A stretch of 63,750 bases of DNA, counting the filler, from Folioceros fuciformis (Eukaryota), in assembly GCA_049999805.1 (NCBI GenBank). It is 8 parts of 8 records of this genome, joined end to end, with 100 filler letters (N's around TTAATTAATTAA, not from the genome) between each part and the next. Parts side by side here need not be neighbours in the genome. Positions count along the whole stretch, not along the records: positions 9,886 to 24,228 come from JBNGIO010002112.1; positions 24,329 to 38,261 come from JBNGIO010002113.1; 6 more parts are not named here. One strand, written 5' to 3'. Under the pieces are notes generated by a model. That model saw only the letters and a list, made by a program, of their open reading frames with translations, did not search any database and was not told the DNA's origin. Positions 13,101 to 27,300 of this stretch are shown here, one piece after another. Both the position numbers and the translations under genes were made by a program. The stretch's first letter is position 1, and each line of letters opens with the position of its first letter.

Positions 13101-16100
13101 CAAGGAGCAGATAATGCCTGACACAGGCCTACCCAATGCGAATGATGGGATCAATGGCAACGTCTGTGGTTTGGCTATTGCTTAAGCTGCTCAGATTCAG
13201 CCTCCTTAACATTTCATGTAAACGCCAAAGAATTGGCTCATGTATGTTGACGAGAAATGCCACACCTGGTGCACACTGACAAAAAACAATTACCTTATCA
13301 GTGAAGATAGAACCGTTTTCATGCCAAATGCCAAAACAGAGTAAAGACATAAATTTCAACTGCCTCAGATCAAAACACTTCTGTTACCAGTACACCAATG
13401 TACGGATAAATGAACTGATCACATTGCATATTATCTTGCACGGTCAACGTGAATTTGAGGAGAAAGTCAGTCCTGTTGATGTTATCTTGAGGAATGAAAA
13501 GGACAGGCATCGGAGTAAGTGCCAACTGACTGTCAATTTGCAGCCCATCCACACGAAGTTTGAACCTGCCAGTCGAACAATGGCCCCGCATATTCAATAC
13601 TTGGAAAACTTTGATAGGATTAGCTCAGGCCATAAAAACAAAAGTAAAACTACATACCGACTTGTTCTGGAACCAAGGCCTGTGGCATACGAAAAGATAA
13701 GGTTTTGCACAGAAAAGTAGATCAGCTCCTCTGGAGTATGATCAACGACTGACAGTCCAAATTCAGCCAGTTCTAAGATCACCCGGAACTGATTTTCGGA
13801 GTCCTCATCTCCAGCTCCTTGCTGAGCCAATGTGTCATTTATACGCAGACCAGTCACAGAAGATACAGCAGGCACAATAGCTGTCTCATCGTTGCTTGGT
13901 TTCCAATCTGAAATGGCCGCAACTTGGAATGGCCCTTCTTGAAACACAGATACATGCAGAGCTTTTGACGAGCTACCACCAACTGACATAGGTTGATGCT
14001 CTCCAGCCTTGTCTATGTTGTACTTTCTTGATGAGATAGGATTCTCACCCTCCACCAATATTTCCAACAGCCTGTTCCTTTTCAGATCTGACCAAGCATA
14101 CCCAGCAGCAGAACCTGGCAAGAGGAGATGCCAGCAATCGTCACCAAAGCCTTCTTGCCGAAACTGAAAAGATATAATAGCAGAGCGATTTTCGATCCTG
14201 TGTTAAAAGAGAGAGATCAGAGCACTGGTGATTGGCAGCTATAGATCTTATGGTTTGAAATCAATACATGAAACCATACTCACTAGGAGGTGTCATCAAC
14301 CTTACCTGTAAGGTGCCTGGAGTGAGGCATGACGGAAAATGACCAAGAATCGGGAATCCTTTAACCCGTTGCGAACTTCAGTACGCACAATGACGCAGCT
14401 CTCATCCATCTCATTTTGCAACCTCACATGCATAATGCCTTCTGTGTCCACACTGAAGGGATGACTCCACCTGTGGCCCTCCATGCGAACCTGAATAACA
14501 TGAAGCTCTAGTAAAATACGTCGACAGCTGCCTTCTGCTATTTAGTGCTCAAACTCAATTCGGAACAACTTACACTGATTACTTCAGGTTCCCATATGGA
14601 TTTCCAATAGATCGTTTTTGCTTGGTCATTTGGATACAGAAGCTCATCATGTGGTAGGTTGCCCTGGCGGATTTGAAAGTTCCGACCTAATCTATTTACA
14701 AACAATGTATGTGGCTGTACATGCACCACCTGTCACCAAATTGAACTTTTTTGAGTACAAGCTTTGCAGCTTTAACAATGACTCAGCACTGAAAGCTAAA
14801 GAAATTTATTCAAGCTACAGGAAGAAGGTAAGAGTGGCTCACCTTAGTCCTCTCAGCTGACATGTCAAGAAATGCGGAGAGCCTATAGTAAGAACCTGAG
14901 CTATCAACTGCTTTGAGCTCAATCCGTTCCATCTTCAGCAGAGACAAACAAACATTCCAGTTAGGAAAGCATCTCAGAGGTAACAACCTTGACACACCTA
15001 GAGAAGCAGCAGTGCTCAAAAGTACGTTAGCTTTGCAATACAAATGTTGCAAGTAGATAGCAATACCCTACCTTGTCTTCAAAGTTCTTAAATGACAAAG
15101 CATCACTGCAAACGTCACTCCCAAGAACTGCTATGCAAAGTCCTAGTCGAGGAGAAAGCAAGTTGTCCTGAGATGAAGGAGCCAAGCTCCGGTATTGGTC
15201 AGATAGTGCCTCCAATGACAGCATGACAGGTGCACCAGATGAGTCTTCCACTGCCTCCAAACTGCGAACAACTTTCCGCAGCTCTGAGGAACTGTTGCGA
15301 ACAGCTTGTGACGGGCGACGACCAGCTTGCTTGGCAGCTTTTGCTGCCCTTGCAAGCAAAGAAGAATCGGCCCCCGGCCGCTCATTGGGTTCAATTTCTA
15401 CTAAGCGATAGGACAGTGGTAAGTTCGCATCATTTTGGAGCCAGTATGGGACAAATATTCGAATTATCTTTGCTGCCAGTTTTGTTGCACCGAAATCATG
15501 TTCCACACTCACTCGTAGCTTCCTGGAAGACCATCGTATTAGTGGCGATGATGCTAGCCTCACCAGCAGCTAACCCTTTAAAGAGTTGCAAAATCCATCC
15601 GAATATCCACCAACAGGTCTATATTTCTGTCAGTTTGAAATGGAAAAAATGCTTACCTCTCACTTCTCTGGTGCACCATCCAGAAGCCAGAGGGAAGATC
15701 ATCAACCATCGGGTCAGAGATCAAGACCGTCTCCTGCACCGTAAAAAACCACCACTTAAGGACCCACGCTGTGCCAAAGAAGTCAAATGCCTTTGAGTGG
15801 AAATTGAACAAACCTTTTCAGGTCTCCAGCCTCCTTGCGCACGCCAAGTCAGGTAGATTGGTCTTCGAACATCTACACTGTACACATAGACACTACCTCC
15901 TGAACTCACCACACCATGCTGCCGTTGAATAGTATGCGCATTGGCAGGCTTCTCCCAGACAACGAAATCTGCTGTACACGGTAACCGATTTTCTAATTTC
16001 AAGGGAGCATTAACTGTCAATTTCCAGTCATACAGGGGTATATTCAAGTCATCATAGATGAGAACTGCATCTGCATCCATCGCCAACCAGCTGTGGCCCT

Positions 16101-19100
16101 TTTGAAGACCAGGACAACAAAGTAGCTCTTCAGTTTTTGCTAACTGGGAAAGAGCAAATACTGAAGCTGAGACTCCGCGTTTTGAGGGTGACTTCAAGCT
16201 TCCAAAAGACCAAGCATCTTGGGTAGATGGGCCGCCGGATGCTGCATTTGAGGCCCCATTCCCCACTGTTCGGCCCCAATTACAATCCAATTGAGGCCGT
16301 ACTTGAACACACAAGTCTGTCTTCGTACCCATACAGCCCCAGGGTATTGGTATTGATAAGCCAGGCTCTACGACTCCCACAATTTGTCGACCACAAACAG
16401 GATTAGTCCTCTGTCTAATCCTGTAAAGCCGACGTCTACGGACAAAGTCAAATGTGGACTTTTTACTGCACTTCGAGGATGCAGGCGGCCATCGCACGCT
16501 CTGGAAATTTTCCCCATACGCCCAGCCTTCATTGTCAACATGCCCAGACTTGTCGATAAGCCAGTCTGAATTCCATGTCCACCCTGGTGGCAGTTCAATA
16601 TTAGGGGAGTCCTGGGACATCCATGGCCAAGTTAGCACAGAGGATTATTCCAAGATAAAAGAAGAAACCAACCTTGACACGGATATGAACAGGTCACCTG
16701 ACTAGACTTGGAGCAATCACGGTTGCTCCAATGATTTGGATCAGTGGGAAGTAGATGTCCAGGCCATCTGTTACCCCACCCTCCTAGGAGAGGCTGATAC
16801 CGCTGATTTTCAAAGATCTCCTCAGTATATATGTCTGACTCACTTACTGTAGCACTCGTAGGTCCATCTGGACTATTTAAACGGGATAGGGGGCAGACTG
16901 CAACTTCTAAGGACGTGTCTGTGTTGTTCACAACAGTTACAAGGCTTCGAAAATTGACTTGCTTGTGACCATGTGCCGTGATTACTTCAACCACCAATTG
17001 CTGTTCTTTTACTTGCTTGGGAATAGTTCCAAGAGGAAGAATTGATCGCATACTTGTCCAGGGGCCATCACGATCCACTGCAAACAGCAAACCAACGTCG
17101 GTACCCAAAAACCCTTCATCATTGCCATTACCATGAGGCCGCCGGTCTGATTTAGATCTGAAGAAGAACTTGCTAACTACTATGACCCCTCCACAGTAGG
17201 TCTCCACTGAGTCATTTACCTGAGTCAATAAGAAGCGGCAGAAAGGAAAAGCTATAGATCAGTTATCTGAGTAGTACAACCACCTGATCAGTTAAAAAAT
17301 GCCACACATTACTGACCTGAAAAATTAGAGACATTTCAGGACACAAAATAGTAGGCAATTACCGTCTTCGGAGGCATCAAATTGAACGATGTTGTCACAG
17401 CAGAAGGCCAGCGAGATGGGGATCCCTGTTTTGCGGCATGCCTTACTATATTCCAAAGTGAGGATCGAGGTCCAAGACGAGCACCCTCTTCCTCTTGCAC
17501 TGGCAACGAGATGACTCCCACTGCTTCGCCTGTAATAGCGAGGGCATAATCACACTAATGGCAAGGTCGAGCGATTTTCATAACCAAGGAACAAAAAAAC
17601 TTCACGATAAGTAATTACAAGAACAGACCTTTCCCAGCCCTTGCTGCCTGGTTAGTCACCACAACCTCCAGATTTGCTGAACCCTGTGGGTTGAAATGGA
17701 TAGTTTTTAGGAAAATTGGGCGGACGATTTTAGTAGACAAGTATTAGACATTTCACTACCCAGAACACACAACCTTCAAAGTGATCGCACCTGACTTGGT
17801 ACTTCAAAAATGAACACCTCATTCCACTTTGCTGTGGCAAGAAGTGATGTTGGGCCTTGTGTAAGACTAAAAGGTTTCACACAGCGCGACCTTGCACTTT
17901 GAGGAAGTGCCTTCTGCTGCTCTGAACCCTGCTTTCTGACAGCCAACCTGAGCGCACAAAGATAATCTTGACCATTCCCATCGTCCCGTATCGGAAGGTC
18001 CTGGACAGTCATTGAACATAAACAACGTGAGGATCTACAACGTTATGTCGTACACTTGTTACGATAAGCCCAGAACATAACAATGTGCAGGTACTCACTC
18101 TGACTTCAGACACGTGAACTGCTACAAATTGACGGGTCGGTCTTGATTCATCGACGCTAATAACTTTGTCAGGGAATCGAAGTGGAGGCATTCGCACAAC
18201 ACTGCTTTTCCCATCACTTAATGGCTCAACAGCCTCAAATTTGTCGATAGATGTCTTCAGGAAAAGCTCGCACCCAAGCTTGTTTTCAACTACCAGTTTT
18301 TCATAGTCATCATCCCTAAGTGCAGAGCTGACAACTAGGCCAAGATCATCCTTATAATCATTCTCTTCCTGCAAACAGTTAGAACATTACAGTTTGAACC
18401 TCTTCGGAACAAGGATTTCGTGATCAATCCACCAATAGTCTACATCAAGCAAGACCAATACCAGCTCAGCCGCTCGTCGTGCTTGCTGCTCAAGGGCAGC
18501 CTGCTTCCGCCATGCTGCAAGCGACCCTATCCAAGTGTCTAACCCTGCTGATGTCACATCCAGATTAACTACACTTGTTGCCGTGATTCGGATGCGCTTT
18601 CCAGACTTGATGGCCTCAGATTCGGCATCATACGATTCGTACCTGAGCATGACAGGGACATCATGACAATCTGGTTTTTGACAGCAACGCGCATGCCAAG
18701 ACTAGATATCAAAGCTGAGGTCAGTCAATCTCTTATGCAAACCAAAGCACCTCCCTGAAAAAGAACGTACTTAAAGATACCCTCAAATGGTTCTATCAGA
18801 GGTTCCCAAGCTTCAAGCTGAGTGTTGAAAGTTGATGCAGCAAATGTGCTTATGACCACTGCATTTAAGGCCTCTGCTCGTCCATTAGCTGCAAGCGTGG
18901 TGCTTGTTGTCGTTGCATTCACCAATGGTGTCATCTTCAAAACGCATGGAAGTGAGAACCCTGTTTATCCCTAAGAATAATTCTTGCCTTCAAACACCCT
19001 GGACACTAACAGAAATACGAAACATACCAAGCCACTCAAATCATTGAATATTGTTGTTGAGAGGCGGCCGATTTTGATTTCCGCACTGATGTTATCTCGC

Positions 19101-22100
19101 AATTTGCGCTTCCCTGTCTCGGCAAGTGCATAAGCCATTCGTTCTGGGGGCTTTTTGAGGTCTGGCCTGGCGATAAAGGTATTTGCCTGATTCACACGAG
19201 AGACCAGTTTACTTGTCAACCTGGCTGTGAAGGAAGCAGCATGCCCTGACAACAAGCTACCAGAATTAAGACAGCTGATCCCTTGCCTGGTTTTGGACTG
19301 CCCACAGGCTGCAGCTGTAACCAGCTCGATTTTCTTGCATTTGAAAAAGGGCTCGATTGGACAAGTTAGCCTGATTGACTAGACTCATACGAACACAACG
19401 AACGCAGTCTAGAGGTGGGTTCTCCGAAGTTTTTGTGGTTACACAGCCCAATGAAACATAACCTGGAGGAGACACAGGAAACCACATAAACGCGTCTTCC
19501 ATCCCCTTCCCATGAGCGTGCATGCGAGGCATAAATCTAACAGGCTTGGAAAAGAGGTCTGGGTCATCCCTTACAACAATACCAAAGCCCGGTGGCTCCA
19601 GCCTGCAGAACAGAACAATCTCAGAACGCTGAAAGAAGTTTTAATCAACAATGCAGCAAACTTGCCCTAGACGATCTGCACGAAACTGACATAAATAAAC
19701 ATGTGAATTTATACTTGCCCAGCAACAATGCAATCGCCAACAATGGAGTAGCCCGGAAGCGCTATTGGCCGCCAAATAGAAGCCATGTGACCTGTATCCG
19801 TTCCTTTGTTCCACCAGACACGCTCTAATTGTGGAGTAGTCACGTAAACCTTCCCAGTATTTGAAGGTGAAGTTCCAATGCTCTCAGGCCTCGACACACT
19901 GGGTTTCCGATCCAATCCTCTTCTTGAATGACTTGGCACCTGTTCTGTATCTGCTCCCACCTTCTCTGTCTCCTGAGGAGCTGTAGAAGTGCTCTGGCGG
20001 AGAACCTCCCGCAAATCACACATGAACGACTTGGGTGGAGGCTGTATGGAATGGTGGGCAAAGAATGATCCTGCAGCACTCTCTATTCTCCAAATGCTGC
20101 TCCCATGCTTCTGAGTTCTGATGGAAAAAGCTGACGTCATATGTTGTTCAAATTCCGTTAGAGCACAGAGTACAGTAAGTAGGAAATAACACAGACCTAT
20201 CATCTGGAGAGATATAGAAGATGCAGTCACTGATTGACGCTGAAGTAACCAGGTCCGTATGTACACAGTGAACAACATTGTTTGATGGAGGTGAGCTTCC
20301 CCTCTCTGCCACACAGCCAAGGGCCACATAGCCCGGTGGTGCCACAGGGAGCCATATGCAGCAAACATCACTCTCCTCCAGGTTACTTGTCTGATCCACA
20401 CTTTTCACACAGCCTTCATGGGATGACCAGATGAGCTCGAACTGAACAGGCTTTTTCACACGACCATATTTGTTGCTTAACGCCATAACTGCCTGTGATG
20501 GCGGTGCCACTCTGAACATGGTCATCCCAACGTCTGTTAGCTACTTCTCAACAAGTCTCCATTATCCACACTAGTATGAATTTCCTGGCAACACAAACGA
20601 CAGTCTTACCCAGATGTTGCACAGTCACCCAATATAACATATCCTTGAGGTGATCTGGGTCGCCAAATTGCAACCTGCTGTCCCGAGTTGCTCCCTGGAA
20701 ACAACAACAATTTGAGGTTCCGCCACAAAGCATGCATAACACACATTTCCCAAAGTGTAAAATGGGCTGAAATATCTGAGCATCATGAGCTGACCTGACG
20801 AATTCACCCAAATTCTGTCAAAGTGTGTACAGCGAGATACTACATGGTCGCCACCAACATTGAACCTCAGTATTGCATCCTCTTGGAATCGTAGGATGAG
20901 CCGCATGATATTGAAGGAAAGGCGCATTGATATGTCAGAAGCAAACGCTGAAATGAATGTTCTTTCTTGAACATACGAATATTCGGCTTGCACGTCCACG
21001 GGCTCAACCACCACAAGACCTGAGCCCCCCTCGAAACTAAGTCCCTTCACAATGCCTCTGATCCATTGGTCCTTCCCCTTCGAAGCAAACCTGTTGAAGA
21101 GAAGACAAATGCCAGAAATTGATTCAGTAATTCGCAGTGAAACTGAGGCATTACAGAGAAATCCCAAAACCACCTACATAAAATTCACGTCCATCTTTGC
21201 CCTGAGCAACTTTTCTCTTCTGGTAAGATCGCCAGTTGGCCATTTTGTGCTATCGTAGAAAGTCAGCTCAGGAGCTATAGCCTGCACCATAGTTTAGCAC
21301 AACAGAAGCAGATGACAAGAAGGCCCTGGATCAAGAAGATCTACTGTTTCAAGACATCTGCAATAGGCCTAAGAAATTCATCGAGGTAGTTGCACCCACA
21401 CACTAGAAACAATTTGTCATGATCGCGAGGAAACTCGAGGACAGTTTTCAACGAACCTGTACATCTAGAACAAAGTCAATTGCATCTGCTGGTTCAGGTT
21501 TTTGTCCATCGCCAATGGAATCCTTGCGAAACAGCTCCAAGCTATCAGTTTCAGCACTGAATCTTTCGAGCACTACAGCATCCTCAGGTAATACTGAGTA
21601 GCTGCTGTCAGTGCTCAGATGGACGACCTCAGGCAGAAAATGAGCATTCTGCAACCAAAATCCACATCAAAGTGTGCTCCTCTTTCTTTTCAGTTAAAGT
21701 AAAACGTTCGATTGCCAACTAACTGCGTACGACCTTGAAAGCACCAACCTTAATGACGACGTTTTTAAACCGCAACTTTTTCCCACAACCAACAATGATG
21801 AAAGGCTCTGTATCTCTCAGGGGCTCATCAATGGTGTGATCCTTTGCATTTAGCCAAAGGGAATGTCCACAACCATCATAAACAAACTCGTCAACATCAT
21901 GTGCTTCAGCAATAAGCTGTTGTTCGATAGATAGGCAGACCAGCCCATCCTTTTGCTCATGGACAGCTGAGTCCAGTCTTATATGGTTCCCTGCCAGGAT
22001 AGGGTCAGCTGCGAGCTCATCCTGCCCTGTGAGAGCCCCAAGGGAAGGCACAAAGAACTGCCCAACTGCCAGTAAAAAGTCCACCACAACAAGAAGCCTC

Positions 22101-24228
22101 GGCCGTTGGACACGGATAACAACTGCCTGCGACATCTGCTTTATTCTAATATCCATCACCAGCATGGTAAGGCGAGCAGTGATGGATTCTGAAGGTGAAT
22201 TCACAGCTGAACCATGCTCTGCATCGCTTGATTCAGAAGGAGTGTAGCTGCTTTCCACCTCTGTCATAGAACCCAGCATTAATCGCATCTCTGGCTTGGT
22301 GTCAGGCCGAAGATCAATAACCGAAAGATTAGGCAGAGTAACATATACATCCAAGTCTTGGATTGAAGTAACACAATAACCCAACCAAAATCCCTGCATC
22401 TGCAAACACAGCAAGATTTTTCACGAGGAATAAATCAAAATATCATGATATGGAAGTCAATCCACTCTCTTCAAAACGACCTTCCAGCTATACCTCTAAC
22501 CGAGCCAATGGTGATTCTCTTTCACGGCCAACGTACAGCTCTAGCTCCGCAAGTTGCACATGCACATTGACTCGAAGTTTAGTCCAGCTACTGGTCGCTT
22601 GCACAAGTTTTGTGCCACTATGAGGTTGCTCAGATTCCTGCTTCTGAAATTCAGCAATGTCCTTATTGACTCTGTCGACTCCTACAGAGTCCTCTCGAAA
22701 GCTGGGCGGAAGATTAGGCAACTCAGCTAGGTTTGTAGCAGCACAGTCGGTGATGACGAGGTACTCTTGGTCAGACATAATTCCTGATAGCTTTTCAATC
22801 TGACATTCACAAAAAAGTATTAGCTCATGTATTATCACTGTTTTCGTTCATTCCTTCGCAATTTCCTAATAAACTCCCTCCACACAGGCTTTATGAAGAA
22901 GAGGCACTACAGAAATGCATGAGCCAAATGTAAAGATCTACTATGGTAAATCATCCTTGCTCAACTTTGTGATGGCCTTTCGAATCAAGATTTGAGCAAA
23001 CAACAAACTGAAGGTGCTTCACCAACAGCAAACGACGTCTTTTACCTGGACATCCACCTGCATCTCAGCAACTTTTTTAAGCAAGTCCCTGAGAGGTCTT
23101 CTGACTTTCACATGTAGGCCACGAGCCTCTTGAACCATATCCTTCCCTGGGACACCATCAATGCCCACTACCATGTTGATACCAGCCATCTGGAGTACAG
23201 TATTACAAGGTAGGCATCAGAGGGTTAACAGCATTTAGGGAATGCTAGTCACATGGCAAGGTAAGAGCTCTGATAAATGAGAAGCTTCTTGAGAGAAAGA
23301 AGAGCACACCTCGGCATACAAGACATCCATATGCACAGCTGAAGGATCCTCTTTCGTTCCGCCATACCACTCAAATTCATTAATTACCTGTAGATGTCCC
23401 AAATCAACCTGCATAAACCTGCACACAGAACAATTGTTAGCACATGGGAAACGTCTCGCAGAGGATCTTGAAGCACATCCCATTAACATAAACAAGATCT
23501 AATAGATATAAAGTTTCATTAGGCTTATTGGTAGCAGTGCAAAACAATCTCAGACCACATACTCTTTGCTTGAAGAGCTCCGAGGCATGATAATGACAGG
23601 CGTATCAAGCCCAACATTTAGCTTAACAGCTGGGGCACCATCCATTTCAAATTGATGAAATAGTCGTCCAATAGACCCAACTTCATCCACAACCATGATC
23701 ATCTGCTGGACTTGCGGCATAGCAAGAGCCATGAAATATTCTGTGATCTGCGTGCAGATCAGATATTAGTTCCCCTTCACAATATTGCAGCCATGACCAG
23801 ATCTTCAAAGCCATGCAAATCGAGCACATTCTACGCAGTTGCACACATGGACGACCTAACAAATTCAGAGCAGCCTACAAACTTGTACCTCTTGAATGAA
23901 CCTGTAGAGGAAAACAATCCGAACAGCTGACAATTTTCCGGAAAGACTATAATCATAACCCTCAAAATCATCGTCGTCCTTGTTGAATGATTGAAACTCC
24001 AGCTGCACAAGCAATGACCAAACAAGCCAACATGAATGGGCTCCTTGCTAGACTCACATGGCAAGGAGGCTAGAAGAAGCACATGGGCCATAAAGTACAG
24101 GGAGTACCTTTACGAGAGACTCACAATTTGGATCACGCATGTCACAAAACCAGCCCCATTGATGCTCTGGACCTAGAAGCATATCACAAACTCGCAAGTT
24201 TCCCAGTGTACCTGCAATGATAAACGAG
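10149..24228 (-). CDS. VPS13M: VPS13 bridge-like lipid transfer protein, plant M-type (Vps62/DUF946, C2, peroxin/dysferlin, VAB, ATG2_C, PH-like); dozens of exons, 5' part missing
   Basis: Exons encode LDTPVIIMPRSS, Vps62 repeats (IWLPVAPPGYVALGCV, SIWRPIALPGYSIVGD), dysferlin motifs EEIFENQRYQP and LPPGWTWNSDW, VPYWLQND, PYRIENRS, LGNASSALGHMSKGVAALSMD, GVTGILTKPLEGA and a C-terminal Vps62 domain. Confidence 0.95.
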
Positions 24229-24328
24229 NNNNNNNNNNNNNNNNNNNNNNNNNNNNNNNNNNNNNNNNNNNNTTAATTAATTAANNNNNNNNNNNNNNNN
24301 NNNNNNNNNNNNNNNNNNNNNNNNNNNN

Positions 24329-27300
24329 TAATGCCACTCGAGGCTGATGACTCAAGTCCTGAACCTCCATCTGGCAGGTACTGAGTTCCTGTTGACAACG
24401 CGCAAGCTGCGACGCCAACTCCGTCCTCTCACTTGCCACAGACACCATCTGCCGTTCTAATTTCGATATGATTTTCAAAGATTTTGCATTCTCTTTCTCA
24501 AGAGCTTTGAGACGGTGCGCCAAAGCCTCTTCACCATAAACCTCAGTTACATGGTTTTGGTGCCCATCCTCCAAGAGGTCATCTAACTCAAGATCTATAT
24601 TTAGGTCCTTCAGCCTTCCCTCCAACGACATTCTTGCTGTCTGTAGTGTCCCAACTCTCGATTCAATCTCCTTGTCGAATTCTGCGATACGAACCTGCAA
24701 CCTGTCCACATGCGACAGGCTTTGCCTTCTATCTTCATGGGAATGAGAAAGCTGCTCTTCCAAGATACTCCTCATACTCTCAAGCTCTGCCAACCTTGAC
24801 CCCATTTCCCCAATCCTAGCAACTTTATTAGAAAGTTGGGAGTGAAGCTCCTGGACCTGGCTTCTTGTCAACCTGCCTTCCTCTTGAGCCTCTAGAAGCT
24901 GATTTTCTAGCACTTCATCCTTCGACTCCACATTCATGACCATTGACACTTGAGGCTTCTGACGAAGCTCCTGGTTTTCCGCTTGAACCTGCAGAAGTTG
25001 CTTCGCTAGTTCAGTTCGTTCTCCTGAAACAGATACCACCTGCCTTTCCAACTTCTCTATAATTTGCAGGAATTTGGCATTCTCACGTTCAAATGCTTTC
25101 AGCTGATTCTCTAAGCCTCTTGATCCTTCGTCTCTCTGGTCATCGGAATCTGGTTCCATCGTCACATCATTAAGTACGTCGCCCAAATCCAAATCGATCT
25201 GCAGCTCCTTCAATCTGCCCTCCAGTCCTGATCTTGCTTTCTGAAGGTCCCTCACTTTGGAATCGATCTCTTTATCAAACGCTGCTATGCGAACCATTAG
25301 CGAGTCGACATGAGATAGACTCTTCCTCTTGGCATCGTGTGCTTCAGAAACCTGTTCTTCAAGTTCTTTCTTCATTGTTTCTAGATCAACTATCCTAGAT
25401 GCCATGTCGTCAAGTTTAGTAATCTGCCCCGTAAGTTGACGATGAAGTTCCTCAACCTGAGACTCCCGTATCTTGCCCTCTTCCAGGGCTTCAAGGAGCT
25501 GCCTTTCAATCGCTTCGTCCTTAGACTCAACATTCATAACCAGGGAAACCGCTTGGCGATTGCTGAGCTCCTCGATACGAGTCTGACAAGTCTCAAGTTC
25601 ACTTTGAGCATGCAAGAGTTTTCTTGTCAACTCAGCCTTATCTGCAGACAAAACTACCACCTGCTTCTCCAATTTTGCAATAGTACGTAAAACTTTCGCT
25701 TGCTCTTGTCCAAATCTGTTCACTGTAGTACGCAAACGCATGTCTTCTGTAACGGAATCATAATTCCCAGCTTCCCCATCCTCGTCGACATCGTGGTGCC
25801 CTTCTCTCTCCTCAGGGATACCTATCTGATGCTCTTCAAGTCTGGTCTTCAGAGAATCTCGTGCTCTTCTCAACTCCCTAACCTTGTTCTCAATCTCACT
25901 ATCAAACGAAGCTATACGACCCTGGAGCAAAGCAACGTTAGAGGAACTCTTTCTTCTTTCATCATGCGAATGAGCAAGTTGGCCTTCTAATTCACCCCTC
26001 CTCTCTTCAAGTTCGTTGATTCTTGACTCCATCTGTTCAATTTTTTCAATCTGAGCTGTAAGTTTGACATGCAGGTGCTGCGCCTCAGATTTGCTCAGCC
26101 TGCCCTCTTCTTGCGCTTCTTGAAGCTGCCTTTCAATAGCTTCATCTCTCGTGGCAATGTGCATGATCAACGAAACCCGATGCGGTTGCTCCTTCGCCTG
26201 TCTTCGTTCTTCCTGCGTCTCGTTCAGCTGCCTCACTAATTCAGTCTTCTCAATCTGAAGACGTGCGAGCTTGGCTTCCAACTCTTGGGATGTGGACGAG
26301 TGGACATTTAGCTGCTGGAATAGATCCTGTATCTGTGACTCGCTGCCCCTCCTCTGTTTCACCAGCTGGTTCTCGAGATCTGCTCGTTCAGCTTCGAGTT
26401 TGCCAAGTTTTGCCTCCAATTGTATTTGCCTGGATTCCTGAGAGACATGATCCTCAAGATACTGCTTAATCTGGCTCTCGGACCGCTCGATCCTGTTCAA
26501 CAACTTGTCCATCTCAGCCGCTCTAATCCGCTTCTTGTTCTCTGCTTGGTTGTCCACCTTTTGAAGTAGATCCTGTATGTAAGATCTAGAGCTTTTGATG
26601 TCTTCCTGAGCCTCGGTGAGCTGCCTCTGCAGATCAGACCGTTCTAATTTGAGAGCTTCTATCTCAGCCTGCATTTCTTGCGCACTTGCTGTGTGACCAT
26701 CCAGCCGCTGCCAAAGTTCATCAAGTTGATTTTTGCTGTTTCTCCGTTCATCTGCCAACTGGGTCTCCAGCTGAGCTCTAAAAGCCTCTAGATCTTGAAT
26801 CTTTGACTCCATTTCCAGTCTCCTGGAGGCTGGTACAACATGATGTTGCAGAAACTGTTTGATTTGCTCTTCAGACTGGTCAATTCTACTCATAAGAATT
26901 TCTACCTCGGCGTTCCCCCCGTCTCCTTCACACTTATATTGCCTCCCCGCTTCTATAGCCTCCTGCAGCTGCCTCTGTAACTCTGCTTTATCGGCCTCGA
27001 GACTGCCAATTCTCGCTTCCATTTCACCCCTGCTGAGCGTATGGGCATCCAATCTCTGCAAAAGCTCCCCTACCTGACCTTCACTCACCCGTCTCTCGTG
27101 CAGTATTTGGCCCTCCAACTCACCTTTGAGCGTTTCCAGCGACTGTATCCTCGATTCCAACTCCGCACGCTTTGACCTCGGTGCTACGTGATATTCCAGA
27201 TACTGCTTGATCTGCTCTTCAGATTTGTCAATCCTGGCAAGGAGCTTTTCAACTTGGGTATTCCCCTCCGCTTGCAAATTTTCAGACGTCTCCCTCTGTC

